From: Eledone cirrhosa
Lineage: Eukaryota
Assembly (NCBI GenBank): GCA_964016885.1
Contig: OZ024741.1
Coordinates: forward strand, 100,254,001 to 100,318,000
DNA length: 64,000 nt
Direction of reading: 5' to 3'
Positions 25,549 through 37,954 of this stretch are shown here, piece by piece; the stretch's first letter is position 1; the number at the start of each line of letters is the position of its first letter. The position numbers were made by a program, and so were the translations under genes. Below the pieces are notes generated by a model. It saw only the letters and a program-made list of their open reading frames with translations. It was not told where the DNA came from and made no database searches.

Positions 25549-26550
25549 TACAAGGATCGGAATTAATGTATTCTGCAGTTCAGAGTAATAATAATTGTTT
25601 CTACTTTTGGCACAAGGCCAGAAAATTACCCAGTACATTACTGGTACTTTATTTTATCGACCTCGTAAGGATGAAAGGCAAAGTTAACCTTGGCGGGATT
25701 TGAATGGCAAGGGCCGTAACTCTATGCGTCAAACATGGTGTCCGACCCTCTACCGATACTGCCAATCCACTAATAATATTACCTCAAAGAAGAACAGAGA
25801 ATTTTCAACTGAGTCAAATACAAATATATTACACAGAGAGAAGTGTGTTACACAGTGAGATGTGTGTAAAGAATTATTACATGTGAGTTTAACCGTTACT
25901 GTATGGAAAACAACACCTACAGGTTGGCAATTAAATAGAAAGAACACTAAGTCAGAATCAAATCTCCGAAGTAGAGTTTTAAATTACTAACCTTATAACT
26001 ATATGCTTGTTGATACGAATCTATTTGGTTTCGCCACTGAAATGTGTAGTGTAAAAGTCTACAGGGACCTCAGTCAGCAAGTGTGGAATTGTTAGCTACA
26101 CATCTAGCCTAATGGAAAGAGATAACGCAAATATACACGCTGCCCAGGGCAGGGTGAAAACACGTGTTATTTGCATCAAATAATGGCTCTCATGAATTGG
26201 GGAAGATGCTAGAGTGAGCAGCCCAACCATTCGAATTTATTAGCTCAACAATTTGGAGCTCGTTAATTATACAAGGATCGGAATTAGAGTATTCCGCAGT
26301 TCACAGTAATAATAATATTAGCTCAAAGAAGAACAGAAAATTTTCAACTGAGCTCAAATACAAATATATTACACAGAGAGAAATGTGTTACACAGTGAGA
26401 TGTGTGTAAAGAATTATTACATGTGAGTTTAACCGTTACTGCATGGAAAACGGCGTTTTCCATACAGTAACGGTTAAACTCACATGTAATAATTCTTTAC
26501 ACACATCTCACTGTATAACACACTTCTCTGTGTGTAATATATTTGTATAT
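25545..26550. mobile_element. Element with a direct repeat (25545-25910 vs 26265-26450) and a terminal about 95-bp-arm hairpin (26358-26548), between (TA)n tracts
   Basis: Hairpin centre is ggaaaac-ggc-gttttcc at about 26452. A SINE interrupts the first repeat. Confidence 0.8.
25594..25770 (-). mobile_element. tRNA-derived SINE inserted into the preceding element
   Basis: Matches consensus. The uninterrupted site is visible at 26305-26320; TAATAAT is duplicated. Confidence 0.9.
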
Positions 26551-26555
26551 ATATA

Positions 26556-27066
26556 TAAATGGAATAGAATGAAACGAAATTTCATTTCTCACTCTTAGTA
26601 CGGCAGTTACTTAAACGTAAGTATGTATGTATGTATGTATACGTACATACATATATGTATACAGACGTACAGTAGTATGTATATACATACATACATGCAC
26701 ACACATATATATATATGTACGTATCGGTTTACCGAACATTTATTATAATGTTCGGTTTGTTTGTAAACAAACAAACAGCCCGAATTACGCCGTACAGTGT
26801 TTAGGCAACCACCTCACCCTTTTGTTCAACACTGACACAGGAACGATGTACTAGTTTCAGGCTTATTAGCTATCGTCAGCATCGTATACCTTCCTGTCAG
26901 TTGGTTGAACGTCTGAAAGTATATACTTTCATTATGCATATTAACGGCTTAGCAGCCTAATTTGCATATCGAGTGAGTTTAGTCGGCCGGGCCCACCGAA
27001 AACGATAAATGGAATAGAATGAAACGAAATTTCATTTCTCACTCTTAGTAAGGTAGTTATTTAAAC
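26556..27066 (-). mobile_element. Diverged monomer of the 422-bp HHR family with about 60-bp terminal direct repeat
   Basis: Homologous to 9500-9860 and to the tandem unit. aaatggaatagaatgaaacg...tagta occurs at 26557 and 27007. Confidence 0.85.
26844..26884 (-). ncRNA. Type I hammerhead ribozyme
   Basis: cgatg-CTGACGA-tagctaataagcct-GAAAC ta GTA-catcg. Confidence 0.85.
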
Positions 27067-27644
27067 TTTTTTTAAATATATATGTTAAGTATTACCGTGG
27101 AAAAGGTAAAGGAAACAAGAGTGCTCTATGTATAGTCCAGAGCTATTACATTATGTAATAAACAAAACATTATAATTATTCCATTACCCAAGTTAATCTA
27201 GTTTCGCACATTTTTCTATTTACTTTTTATAACACAATTTAAAAATATTTTTACTTTGTATTTTCAATTTTACTTGATTTTTATTTTTTATTTTTTATTT
27301 ATATCTAGGTACGTATGTATTTTATGTGTGTATACATGCCTATGATGGCGTTCAGACGCATGCGTCCATGTGTCTATATGTAGATGGCTTTATTTATGTT
27401 TATGAATGTTTGTATGCGTAGACATATTCATATGAGTGTGCCTATGTATGTATTTGTATGCGTACTCATATTCATATGAGTGTACCTATGTATGTGTGTA
27501 TATATATTTATACATATATATAACGTTAACCCTAATTATACGTTCTGTTTCTCTGTTTACATGACTTTTTTCTCGTTATTTTATTTCAGCTCACTTTCAT
27601 TTATAATATATTCTAATTTAATATTTTGTATCAAAATTAAAGAT

Positions 27645-27715
27645 TTACATCTGATGAACGACTTCAGATGCCTTTGTTAGAATCGTCTGACTTCGTGAAA
27701 CATTGGGTAATGGAA
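27645..27715 (+). ncRNA. Type I hammerhead ribozyme within an element with inverted ends (27150-27195 vs 27700-27745)
   Basis: ttacat-CTGATGA-acga..tcaga...tctga..tcgt-GAAAC attgg GTA-atggaa; stem I has 5 of 6 pairs. Confidence 0.65.
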
Positions 27716-27758
27716 TAATTATATTGTGTTGTTTATTATATAATAATTATATTGTGTT

Positions 27759-27809
<51 letters not shown>

Positions 27810-27884
27810 CGAAAAAGGGATATTTAATTTGTTGGTAATTCAACAAATATAAATGTTTATGACTGATTCGAAGCATTTAATATC

Positions 27885-27929
<45 letters not shown>

Positions 27930-27933
<4 letters not shown>

Positions 27934-29119
27934 TAATCTATAAAGCTCAGTGTGTGGACATGCTCCTTTCTTATAGAAATCTACGATATAGAATTTCTTC
28001 AATTGAAATTTACAATTCAGTTTTCGAAATAGCATCGATTGCGTCTTGGCACATCTAATTTTTTCAATTTCACCCACAATTACGCAAAAAATAGATAAAA
28101 CTCAATATTTTACGATTTTTCTCTGTCATTTAAACTGCTAAACTCTTTCTACTACCATTCAAAATCTATACAACTTCATACTTTCTGCTACTTTCTCTTT
28201 CGAAGCTTGATGGTGATACTGTCCGTTTTATTCTCTCATATCTGCTTCCCTCTATATACATCCCACACATTTTGCTACTTTCTCTTTTATACTTCAACTT
28301 ACTGATTTATTTCCAAACGCATACAAACACACACTTACTTCAAATGATAAACAAAACATTTAAAGAGAGAGAGAGAGAACGTTTCTTATTACATAAAGTA
28401 CCAGTAATGTACTGGGTAATTTGCGGGCCTTGTGCCAAAAAAGTAGAAACAATTATTACATTTCATACGAATTATTACATTTCATACGAAACGACAATTA
28501 TTCAAAAGCAACAGATACATTTATTCAACAACAAGCGATAAATCTTTTTTAAAACCTCTTTTCCAAACGCATACAAACACACACTCACTTCAACAACAAC
28601 AACAACAATCTGCCTTTTATAGATAATATAGATTATGATGATAAACAATAATATCCTCTATGAGGTCACTAAACCTGCTAGAAACGGCAGCTAACTCTCC
28701 CCCACACCACACCCCTCACTACTGTCTTAAATTTAGAAAACATATCTTCTATGGGGTCACTAAACCTGCTAGAAACAGCAGCTAACTCACCCCATATCAC
28801 ACCACTCCCTACTGTCTTAAATTTAGAAAACACACAGACAACCATTCAGAACAACTCCATCGCAGCTCTGTTGTTCGGCTGGCATCGTCTACGCGCGTGT
28901 TGCGCAAGTACTGTGAAACAATAAATTTCAACACTTTTTTGCACAGAGATAATATCCATAGGCGAAACTACAATTGTCACTGCTGGCGCAGCTCCTGCTT
29001 CCAGGTCTGCAATTCATTCACCCAGTGCCTGGCAGACAAAAAAGTTCTGCCATAAAATGGGGGGTGCAACCTAACTTTGGTAACTTAATGACCCCGAGCA
29101 ACGCCGGGCTTTAATGTTA

Positions 29120-29122
<3 letters not shown>
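27930..29122 (-). mobile_element. Helentron/DINE-like non-autonomous element(s) with nested fragments
   Basis: Ends ccccgagcaacgccgggc...ttagta, the reverse-complement counterpart of the 16627 start. Contains a SINE 3' fragment (28390-28455) and a duplicated about 90-bp repeat (28657-28832). Confidence 0.45.
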
Positions 29123-29167
<45 letters not shown>

Positions 29168-31061
29168 TGCCACCACAGCATACACACAAACACATGCTCC
29201 CCCCATCTATCTATCTATATATATATATTCGAAAACGATCACGTATAGTTTACTTTGCGGAGAAGACTATGATTTGTCACTTACATTGACCTCGATATAA
29301 GCCTAGATGTTAATCGCAAATGTTAAATTTTATAATCCATATAAAGGAAATATGCGTAATCTCTTAGCAGTCTTTCCTACATAGAACATACTGTGCGGAG
29401 AATATACGTACATCTCCTTTTGTGTATACTCTCAGATTCACTGTCTTTGTCCAATTTACTATGCTTATCGAGCGTTAGCACCAACCAGGGATATATTCAG
29501 GTGAAACATCTGATCGCCTGAACAAATCTGACGGTCTGTTAGTGTCCTTGATACGATATGCCGGGATCTTGAAGTGGTCCCACACACGAAGTTGATGAGA
29601 TAGATGATAGAACAAGGAAAACAATAACCATGCTTAAGTCATTACACCTAAAAGCAAATGAACAGTTTCTAGAAATAAGCTTATAAGTGTTAAAATATTC
29701 TGCAGAGGAGGAGGAGGAGGGGGAGGAGAAGGAGAAGAAGAAGAAAAAGAAGAAGAAGAAGAAGAAATAGGCTATCATCTGATATGCAGTACGGCTGCTC
29801 GAAGATGTTATTTATTTTTGCTCTCTCTTGTTTGTGGTATAAATTTTGTTGTCTTTCAACGATAAATGCAATCATACATACATAGAAAGAAACTGGAACG
29901 GAAATCATGAATATGTAACATAGGGTAATGCATTATGCCATTATAAATTGTTAAGGTTAGCGCAAGATTGACAAGTGTTCTAATCTCATCTTATTTCAGA
30001 GATTGAGATCAGAAGTTGAGTTGATGTATCGCTCAAGATTTAAGCAATAACCTCAAGATTTTCAATAATAACAAAACATCTATTTACAATAGAATTTCTA
30101 AAAGAAAAAGAAATACATCAGCATCATCATCATCCTCAACGTCATTAACACAGAAAAATCTGCTGAAAGAAACATACAATAGCATCAACGATATCGAAGT
30201 ATATAGTTACAATTATATATTGATCAACAACAGCAATACATTTGCAAATGTATTTCAAGATTACAAAATAACTGTGACCTAAGAGGTCATGACACAATCA
30301 ATTAATTGATGAATATGATGCTAATATTCACCGTCAACTTCGTCAGCATCCTATTCCTCTTTCTCCATCCCTCCCCCACCTACTTCTTCAACTCCTTCCC
30401 GCTTACATCTTCACCTCCTCTTTCTCCTCCATATCTTTCCTTTCCCCTTCCTCCTCCTCATAAACGTCGCACTCATCATTGACGATTATTTGTTCTTAAA
30501 CCTGTATTAATAAAACAATGAAGTACACTAACAATACAATCGTCACGAATAATGCAACTTCGCAATCAGCATCAACAAAATACGCCTTTAACAATGACGA
30601 AAATCACAACAATACCATCAGCCAACTCACCATCACTGCTACAACTACAACCAAGTCCAACGGTAAAAACACCCACACAACCTCATCTAACTATATTTAA
30701 TATATACATATAACAAGGCAACCTTTCGAGTATTCTTCTCTGACGAAAAACAGGAAAAATCTGCACGAGTGTAATAGTAAAATGCGCACATGACGCCATT
30801 GGTGTTTTAAATAAAAAGTAGAGTAGAAGCGGAGATGTATACCCCTTCGACAAGGAATTTTCTATTTCAGTAACAAGTATACAATTTTAGCAGCCAATCC
30901 AATACTTTTGGAATGATAGGATACGTACCTATCTGCCTGGAATAAAGTATAAACAACATGGATTTGGGGGGGAGGAGATAAGGCAGCTATAAGTGATCAA
31001 CTTACATTGACTTACATGATCAAATGCATCATCTTCTTAAAGTTAAATACGTGTGTAAATT

Positions 31062-31241
31062 ATTGTTTCTACTTTTGGCACAAGGCCAGCACTTGGTACT
31101 TTATTTTATCGACCCCGTAAGGATGAAAGGTAAAGTTAACCTCGGTGGTATTTGAACTCAGACCATAAAGGGTTGTAACACTTTGCTGCAAAGCATGGCG
31201 TCTCCATGGCGTCTGACCCTCTACCGTTACTGCCAATCCAC
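31062..31241 (-). mobile_element. tRNA-derived SINE
   Basis: Matches consensus with a small deletion. Confidence 0.88.
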
Positions 31242-31336
31242 GTAAATAATGACGAATAAAACACTACCATACTTTTTAAATTTTCAATTCAGCAGATGGC
31301 TGATCAAAATAAGGTCTAATACTCTAACCAGAAACA

Positions 31337-31404
<68 letters not shown>

Positions 31405-31409
<5 letters not shown>

Positions 31410-32053
31410 TAAACGGAAAAGAAAATGCTGACAAATTGTTCACAGTGAAAAATAGTTTAATTGGGAATAAGTGAGAATTAGTAATAGTATTGGTTAGTAT
31501 TCAGTTTTGGTTTTAAGTTTTAGCGGTTGCGCATTTCCAATGCTTTTCAAAAATAATTTTGAGATAGAGCGTCCGTGATGTTTGCTCTAATCTGATTAGT
31601 TTTGGAAATTCTACCTGTTTTTATGTTAAAAAAGTGGCTCCAGCGGTATTAAAATAAGTTTTGCGCCAATTCGTGTTGCAAAAATTCTTCTGGTCAAAAC
31701 AATTTTGATTGGTCGGTAGAGGTCATGTGAATGTTAAAAATTGATTTTGCGCCAAATGTAGGTTTGTGTCGGCTGATTGAGAAGTCACTGATAAATAAGT
31801 CTTTCAAAACAAATATGTGTGTGTGTGTAGTAGTAGTAAAGAGGTTCGTTGTTGATAAGAGTCAGCAGGGATGTGTCTGCGACCGCAGCCTGTTGACAGT
31901 TCAAATGCCTATTAAGACAAGTGTGTGTGTGTGTGTGTGTGTAGCAGAGTAATTTGTGGTAGAGGGATGGTCATTAGGAATGTGTCTGTAAGTGTGTGGG
32001 GGATATTTTAACATGTTAAAAGATATTTTTCAGCTCTTGTCTTATACGGAGGA

Positions 32054-32085
<32 letters not shown>

Positions 32086-33086
32086 CTCTTTGTATGTTAA
32101 TGTACGCGTGTGTATGTGTGTGTGTATATATGTGCGTGTGTGCGCATACACGTGTGTGTGTGTGTGTGTGTGTGTGAGAGAATGTGTGTGTGTGGGTGGA
32201 CCAGTAATTATTTTTGCGGTACTGGTGAAATGGTGTACATTTTTCGATATTTTCAGTAAAATCGATTCTCTCAATAGAACATCAAAAACCTTAATAATAA
32301 AAGGTGTGAAATGATATATAGTATTGGCATAATACCAAGGTGTGTGTGAGTGTGTCCAGATTGTACGTACTGCAAGGGGAATCCATTAGGCCTTGCCGTA
32401 TTGGAATACCTGTGTATAAATATGTATCTGGAGTGTGTCCAGAAATTGTATACCTGTGTACAAATTGTATACTTGTGTACAAATTGTACACATGTATCTG
32501 GAGTGTGTCCAGACTGTACGTACTGCAAGGGGAATCCATTAGGCCTTGCCGTATTGGAATACTTGTGTACAAATATGTATGTGCCCATCAGTGTGCAATG
32601 CATGTGTGCGTTTATGTATGTGTGTGTGTCGGCACGTTTATATCTATAGACATCAAAAGGTATGCAAATTTGTGTATTATTGTGTTGCACCATAGAACAT
32701 GTGTGTTTACGTATGTCATTGTGTTTATATGTGGGTAGAGATGTATGCTGATGTAGGTATGTATGTTGACATGTGTATGTTGTGGGTTCGTCTTAGGGAG
32801 AAGTGTTTAGACGGGGTCCGTATTTGTCAATAAAGTAAGATTCCTTGCTGATGCGCTGGGTGTGGGTGGCATTATCTTTAAATTTGTAGAGGGGAAAGTT
32901 TCTGAAGTTGGGATGATTTTGGGCGGCACAGGTATCAATGTGTTCACTCAGTGGTATTTTCCTGTATTCCCGTATTTTAATTTGGGATCTATGGACAGTC
33001 ATGCGTTGACGGAGGCTGTTTTTGGTCTGGCCTATGTATTGTTCTCGACAACCTGAGCAAGTTAATACATATATTAGATTTTCTGA
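31405..33086 (-). mobile_element. 5'-truncated Neptune-type PLE: endonuclease end + long CA-rich 3' region + degenerate HHR (31518-31554), between (TA)n tracts
   Basis: GIY-YIG frame, then a 3' region with a 161-bp duplication (about 32350-32580), CCAAT/E2F-like motifs and TTGAAAA gcatt gga aatgc GcAAC cg cTA. Confidence 0.7.
32793..33086 (-). pseudogene. GIY-YIG endonuclease domain of a PLE (5'-truncated, frame uninterrupted)
   Basis: SENLIYVLTCSGCREQYIGQTKNSLRQRMTVHRSQI...LSEHID...RISKESYFIDKYGPRLN*. Confidence 0.9.
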
Positions 33087-33219
33087 TATATATATATATA
33101 TATATATATCTCTGATTGTTTAATTTATTAATTTTTCATTGAGCCAAAACGTGACCTGTTGCAAAACATATATATATCTATGACTTTATATATATATATA
33201 TATATTTATAAATAAATAA

Positions 33220-34035
33220 ATAAAATGCAGAGTTAATAACTCATACTGATACCCTGTAATTAACAAACTCAAAGTATAAATACTGAGCATTTCAATAATA
33301 TATGTAGTAATAAACACAGTAAATCGTGTGTCTAAAATTACGAGGGTTGAAACACCACATTTTTTTCAGAAATTTAATCACAATTCTCAAGGCGTAACAT
33401 ATTAAATCCATAATCTGTCCGGGAGATATAATAGTTATTGAGGCGGTCTGTATATATTTTATTTTATTTTAATTTATGTATATTCCGTTTGCTTCTGATT
33501 AAATTTCTCAAACAAATGTGGTATTTCAACTCTCGTAATTTTAAACACACGATTTACTGTGTTTATTATTACATATATTATTGAAATGTTCAGTATTTAT
33601 ACTTTGAGCTTGTTAATTACAGTGTATCAGTATGAGTTATTAACTCTGCCTTTTATTTGTATTGCGGCTCCCTACTAGGTGAGCTTATAAGTTGGGTGTA
33701 TTAGGCTATTGTTTCTAGCCAATCCACTCACGCCACTTTTGACTTCTAGCACACGAGGTGAAATATTCATTCGTGTGGCTTTGGCTTTGGTGTTTGTTTC
33801 ATTTAATCTATTCTCTCGCTGATGATGCCCACGGATTATCTGTTACAAACACAATTCTCAGGGCGAAACAGATTAAATCCTTAATCTGTCCAGGAGATGT
33901 AATAGTTAGTGAGGCGATCTGTATATATGTTCATTTATTTTATGTATATTCCGTTTACTTCTGATTAAATTTCTCAAACAAATGTGGTATTTCAACACTC
34001 GTAATTTTAGAAACGATTTACTGTGTTTATTACTA
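33220..34035. mobile_element. ORF-less HHR element: inverted arm (33220-33375) plus about 473-bp tandem unit, in (TA)n
   Basis: 33222-33365 is the reverse complement of 33515-33657. 33378-33570 is repeated at 33851-34033. Confidence 0.8.
33812..33897 (+). ncRNA. Type I hammerhead ribozyme with a long stem III
   Basis: tctctcg-CTGATGA-t gccc..gggc-GAAAC agattaa atcc ttaatct GTC-caggaga. The partial copy at 33417 has GTC-cgggaga, which pairs fully with tctctcg. Confidence 0.8.
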
Positions 34036-34634
34036 TATATATAGCCGTCGAAACGGCTTGAGCTCTGCCGTCGGAGTCATACTTTTTCCTATATATATAT
34101 ACATATAAATATATATATATATGTGTGGGGGTGGGGGGTTATTTATATGCATGTATGTATATGCGAGTGAGGAATGATATGTGTATGTATGCATGCATGT
34201 ATTTATACATGCATGCATGGAAATTGATATATACAAATACTCTAGTAGGAATATATTTGTCTAAATGAAAACGTATGTAGGTCTAGTGTTATTCAAACAA
34301 ATGATTCTTGTGACGTACATTCATGTATCCCTGGTATAAACGTGTAAAATTGCACAGTACTCGCTATTTCCTGTTTGGCAAAGAAATCGTTGAATATTGA
34401 AGTATACACACACTCAACATCATATGATTGGAATATGCTCGTCAGACTGTGTAATATTATGTTTCCACTTAGATTTTGACACCAGTTTCTCTTTCGTTGA
34501 GAAATGAACTTTGAAGTGTCCCATTTTCGATTATCATCATCAAACATCATCATCACCATTATCCTCAACATCATTACCAACAACATCTTCCCCATCACCA
34601 CAGCCAATCCAGCGTCATTATTTTCGATATAAAG

Positions 34635-34818
34635 GGCGGTGGATTGGCAGTATCGGTAGAGGGTCGGACGCCATGCTTTCCAGCATAGTTACGTCCTTTT
34701 ACGATCTGAGTTCAAATCCCGCCGAGGTTGACTTTGCCTTTCATCCTTACGGGGTCGATAAAATAAAGTACCAGTAATGCACTGGGTAATTGCTGGCCTT
34801 GTGCCAAAAGTAGAAACA
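34635..34818 (+). mobile_element. Full-length tRNA-derived SINE with target-site duplication
   Basis: A-box TGGCAGTATCGG (34645), B-box GTTCAAATCC (34710), central gccgaggttgactttgcctttcatcc..gtcgataaaataaagtacc domain (Meta/MESC-like by recollection). ATTATTTTCGATATAA flanks both sides. Confidence 0.92.
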
Positions 34819-34837
34819 ATTATTTTCGATATAATCA

Positions 34838-35015
34838 TTTGGAAGTATCGGTAGAGCGTCAGACACCATGCTTTGCAGCAAAGAGTTACGGCCCTTTATA
34901 TTCTGAGTTCAAATCACGACGAGGTTAACTTTGCCTTTCATCCTTACGGGGTCGATAAAATAAAGTACCAGTGATGCATTGGGATAATCGCTTGTCTTGT
35001 GCCAAAAATAGAAAT
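34838..35015 (+). mobile_element. Second SINE copy in tandem
   Basis: Matches consensus. Confidence 0.88.
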
Positions 35016-35687
35016 TATTATTATTATTGTTGTTGTGAATTGGCAGAATGGTATCAGAAAATATGAAAATGATGCTTATTATAAGTGGGAATGAAACCGT
35101 AAAGCAGCTCATAACAATAGAAAAAGTAGTAGACAGCATCTTTTACTTTCAATCCTGAAGCAGATAAGTCAGAATCCACCGCAATTGGCAGTTATTAAAA
35201 CTTAAAATATCAGTGTAAATGTACAAAACTGCAAGTGCACATATCCATGTAGCAAAGAGATTTCCCCAATATCACTGAATATAGAAACACTCACCCACAT
35301 TTTATATTCAAATTATATAAAACAAGTCTTTAACTGAAAAGAATGCCATCCTCGACTTTCATCGCCAGAGAAGCAAAATAATAAAACGTTTTTTTGTTTT
35401 ACAACCATATACACCACAATATAAAAATACTAAAATACTAACAGCTGAAGTTAGGGCTCGCTTATCGTTATGAAACGCTGGAGTAAATGTGGGAAACGCT
35501 GGAGTAAATGTGGGAAATATTATGAATGCATCCGCATATTATTTGGAAATCAAACAAAAATCTGATTGAAAATAAATATTTTCTCATAGCAGATTTTTTT
35601 ACTACACGCACACCTGCATATATGTACATATGCGCACACATATACACATACACACGAACACACACACACATACGCAACACATACACA

Positions 35688-35748
<61 letters not shown>

Positions 35749-36829
35749 GCAGATAGGAATTTAACATTCTAAACAAAAATACATCCTATCGCTTAGTGTA
35801 AATAACTTATAACTACACATACATACATCCACACATACTCTCACAAACACACTTACATACAAACAAAAGTATATTTTATGCACGCTTCTATGCGTTTATT
35901 TGTTTCTTAATCAATAATCATTCTATAATTTATATTGCTTTGCATTTGCTGCATGTGAGTATAATTTTTGTTATATAGAGTTTTACTGTCTTCGGTGTCT
36001 GTATTATGTTGTGGCTGTTGCAGCTACTGCTGTTACTGTTATTGTTATCATTTATTATTCGCATTCTTGATTCTACTATTCAGATGACTATTGTAACTCA
36101 TTTTCATTCTCTTTTCGTTTGTTGCCTCTAAATTTCTTTTCCGCTTTCATCAATGTCTCAGGGACTTCTTGTTTTGTTGTTTTTATGAAGTCTTCCTGAA
36201 TTTTCCCTTTTTGTTTCGTGATAGTGTTTGTCGTTATAGTCGTCATTGATTATAGTTTCCTTGTGTGGGATTATATTTTGATTTATTCATGCATTTGTTA
36301 TCATCGCTCTTGTTGATATCGTTATAATTCTTTCTTTACGTGTTTCATTGTTATTGATACTTTATCCTTTCCCTTGTTGCCAAGCGTATTGTACCCGTGC
36401 AATCTATTTTTAGTTCTAACGTCAATTTTTGTCTATAAATTGGATCATTTCTTGTCTATTCATCTCTCACAATATTCTACTATGTTCCTTACATAACTAC
36501 TATAATATTTTCTCAGAACTTTATGTATCCTGTATATACATAGGGAGCAGAAACTCAGGTTCCATGCTGTAAATAGGTCTGACAGAAATAAAAGCCAGCG
36601 TTTCTCAAATCAAAGACTATCATCATATATAAGGAAGGAAACATAAAAGAACTAAAGGAATATATATATGTCTCTAAAGCTTAGAACCCTTGCCTGAGCA
36701 GGTTTGCCCGGGAGCTATATAGTAAATAATTATCGATAAATCTGCTTTACTGCCTACTTAGATGCCAACACAACCGTCATTATCGCAAAATATTTACACA
36801 CGTTTAATCTACCTACTTCACTAACTTTC

Positions 36830-37120
36830 TCACAGATCAGAGTGACGCTCCAGTTAGAGCCGCTACTTCTCCAAATTAAGAGATCGCAGCTGTGATATTA
36901 TGGTGAGAATGTCTCGCGAAAGAATCACTGGTCAGATTTTATGGACAAAACCACCCGGATGGAGAGCCAGTGGTAGATTCGAGCAAGATGGTTGGATAAC
37001 ATCCATGAGCCTGGCTGGTCTCGTTGGGGGATACAGCCGTATCTGTAGGAGACGGTTGCTTAAAATAGGCATCACTTGAAGGAGTGCTTGAGGACTCCAA
37101 ACCCACGATCCTATCTGGAA
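36830..37120 (+). pseudogene. RTE-clade LINE 3' end (Expander/Rex3-like)
   Basis: EPLLLQIKRSQL..., RARWLDNI..PGWSRWGI.P...ETVA.NR..., matching the RTE C-terminus. Confidence 0.6.
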
Positions 37121-37129
37121 TGTATATAT

Positions 37130-37668
37130 ATATGATCTAATGAGGGACTCTCCCGTTGATATCCGACGTATGAGCGTCCAACAAAAGTTCACCTCATTGG
37201 ATGGTGGTGTCTCATGTGACATTTCAATCCAGCCAGTGACCCACAGACCAAGCCAAATAGGTCGTAAGGCCAATAGTTTATGGAGAGATTTGCAGGTATC
37301 AAGGCCCGTCGCTTCGACCCTGTTCGGTCAACACGCAATATCTACATAAGACTGGATTCAAAGCTCTTGATCGAACTATGACACCTTTCTCTCCAGTCCT
37401 TTCTGACAGCAGCAAATTGTTCGCAATCATGGAAAGGGATTGCAAGAGCAGTGAGATTTGATTTCAACTTGTCCATATATCGTAGCCATAGTCTACCAAC
37501 TTTCCTGTCGTCACTTATGCGGATGACATGGCCAGCCCAACGAAGCTGAGATTGCCTAAAAAAGTTTCAATTCCCCCAATGTTGTATTTGGTAAGGATAT
37601 CGGCGTTAGAGATTTCATCTTCTCGTACATGACCGGAGATAGACCTCAAACATCCCTTTTGGAATGTT
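37130..37668 (-). pseudogene. RTE/BovB-like LINE 3' end
   Basis: FQKGCLRSI...ISNADILTKYNIGGIETF.RQSQLRWAGHVIRISDDR...LRYMDKLKSNL...RKDWR. Confidence 0.75.
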
Positions 37669-37769
37669 ATGTATGTATATATGTATGTGTGTGTGCATAT
37701 ATATATATATAAAGAAAAATTTCGCTCTACATGGCTGAATATAATAAATGAGTTTTTCGAATATTAATA

Positions 37770-37952
37770 ATTGTTTCTACTTTAGGCACAAGGCCAGCAA
37801 TTATATAGTGCATTACTGGTACTTTATTTTATCGACCCCGTAAGGATGAAAGGCAAAGTCAACCTCGGCGGGATTTGAACTCAGATCGTAAAGGGACGTA
37901 ACTATGCTGGAAAGCATGGCGTCCGACCTTCTACCGATACTGCCAATCCACC
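37770..37952 (-). mobile_element. Full-length tRNA-derived SINE
   Basis: Matches consensus. Confidence 0.92.
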
Positions 37953-37954
37953 TC

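Noticed and set aside
34635-34725. tRNA gene
   Set aside because: A and B boxes are present but there is no cloverleaf; this is the head of a multi-copy SINE.
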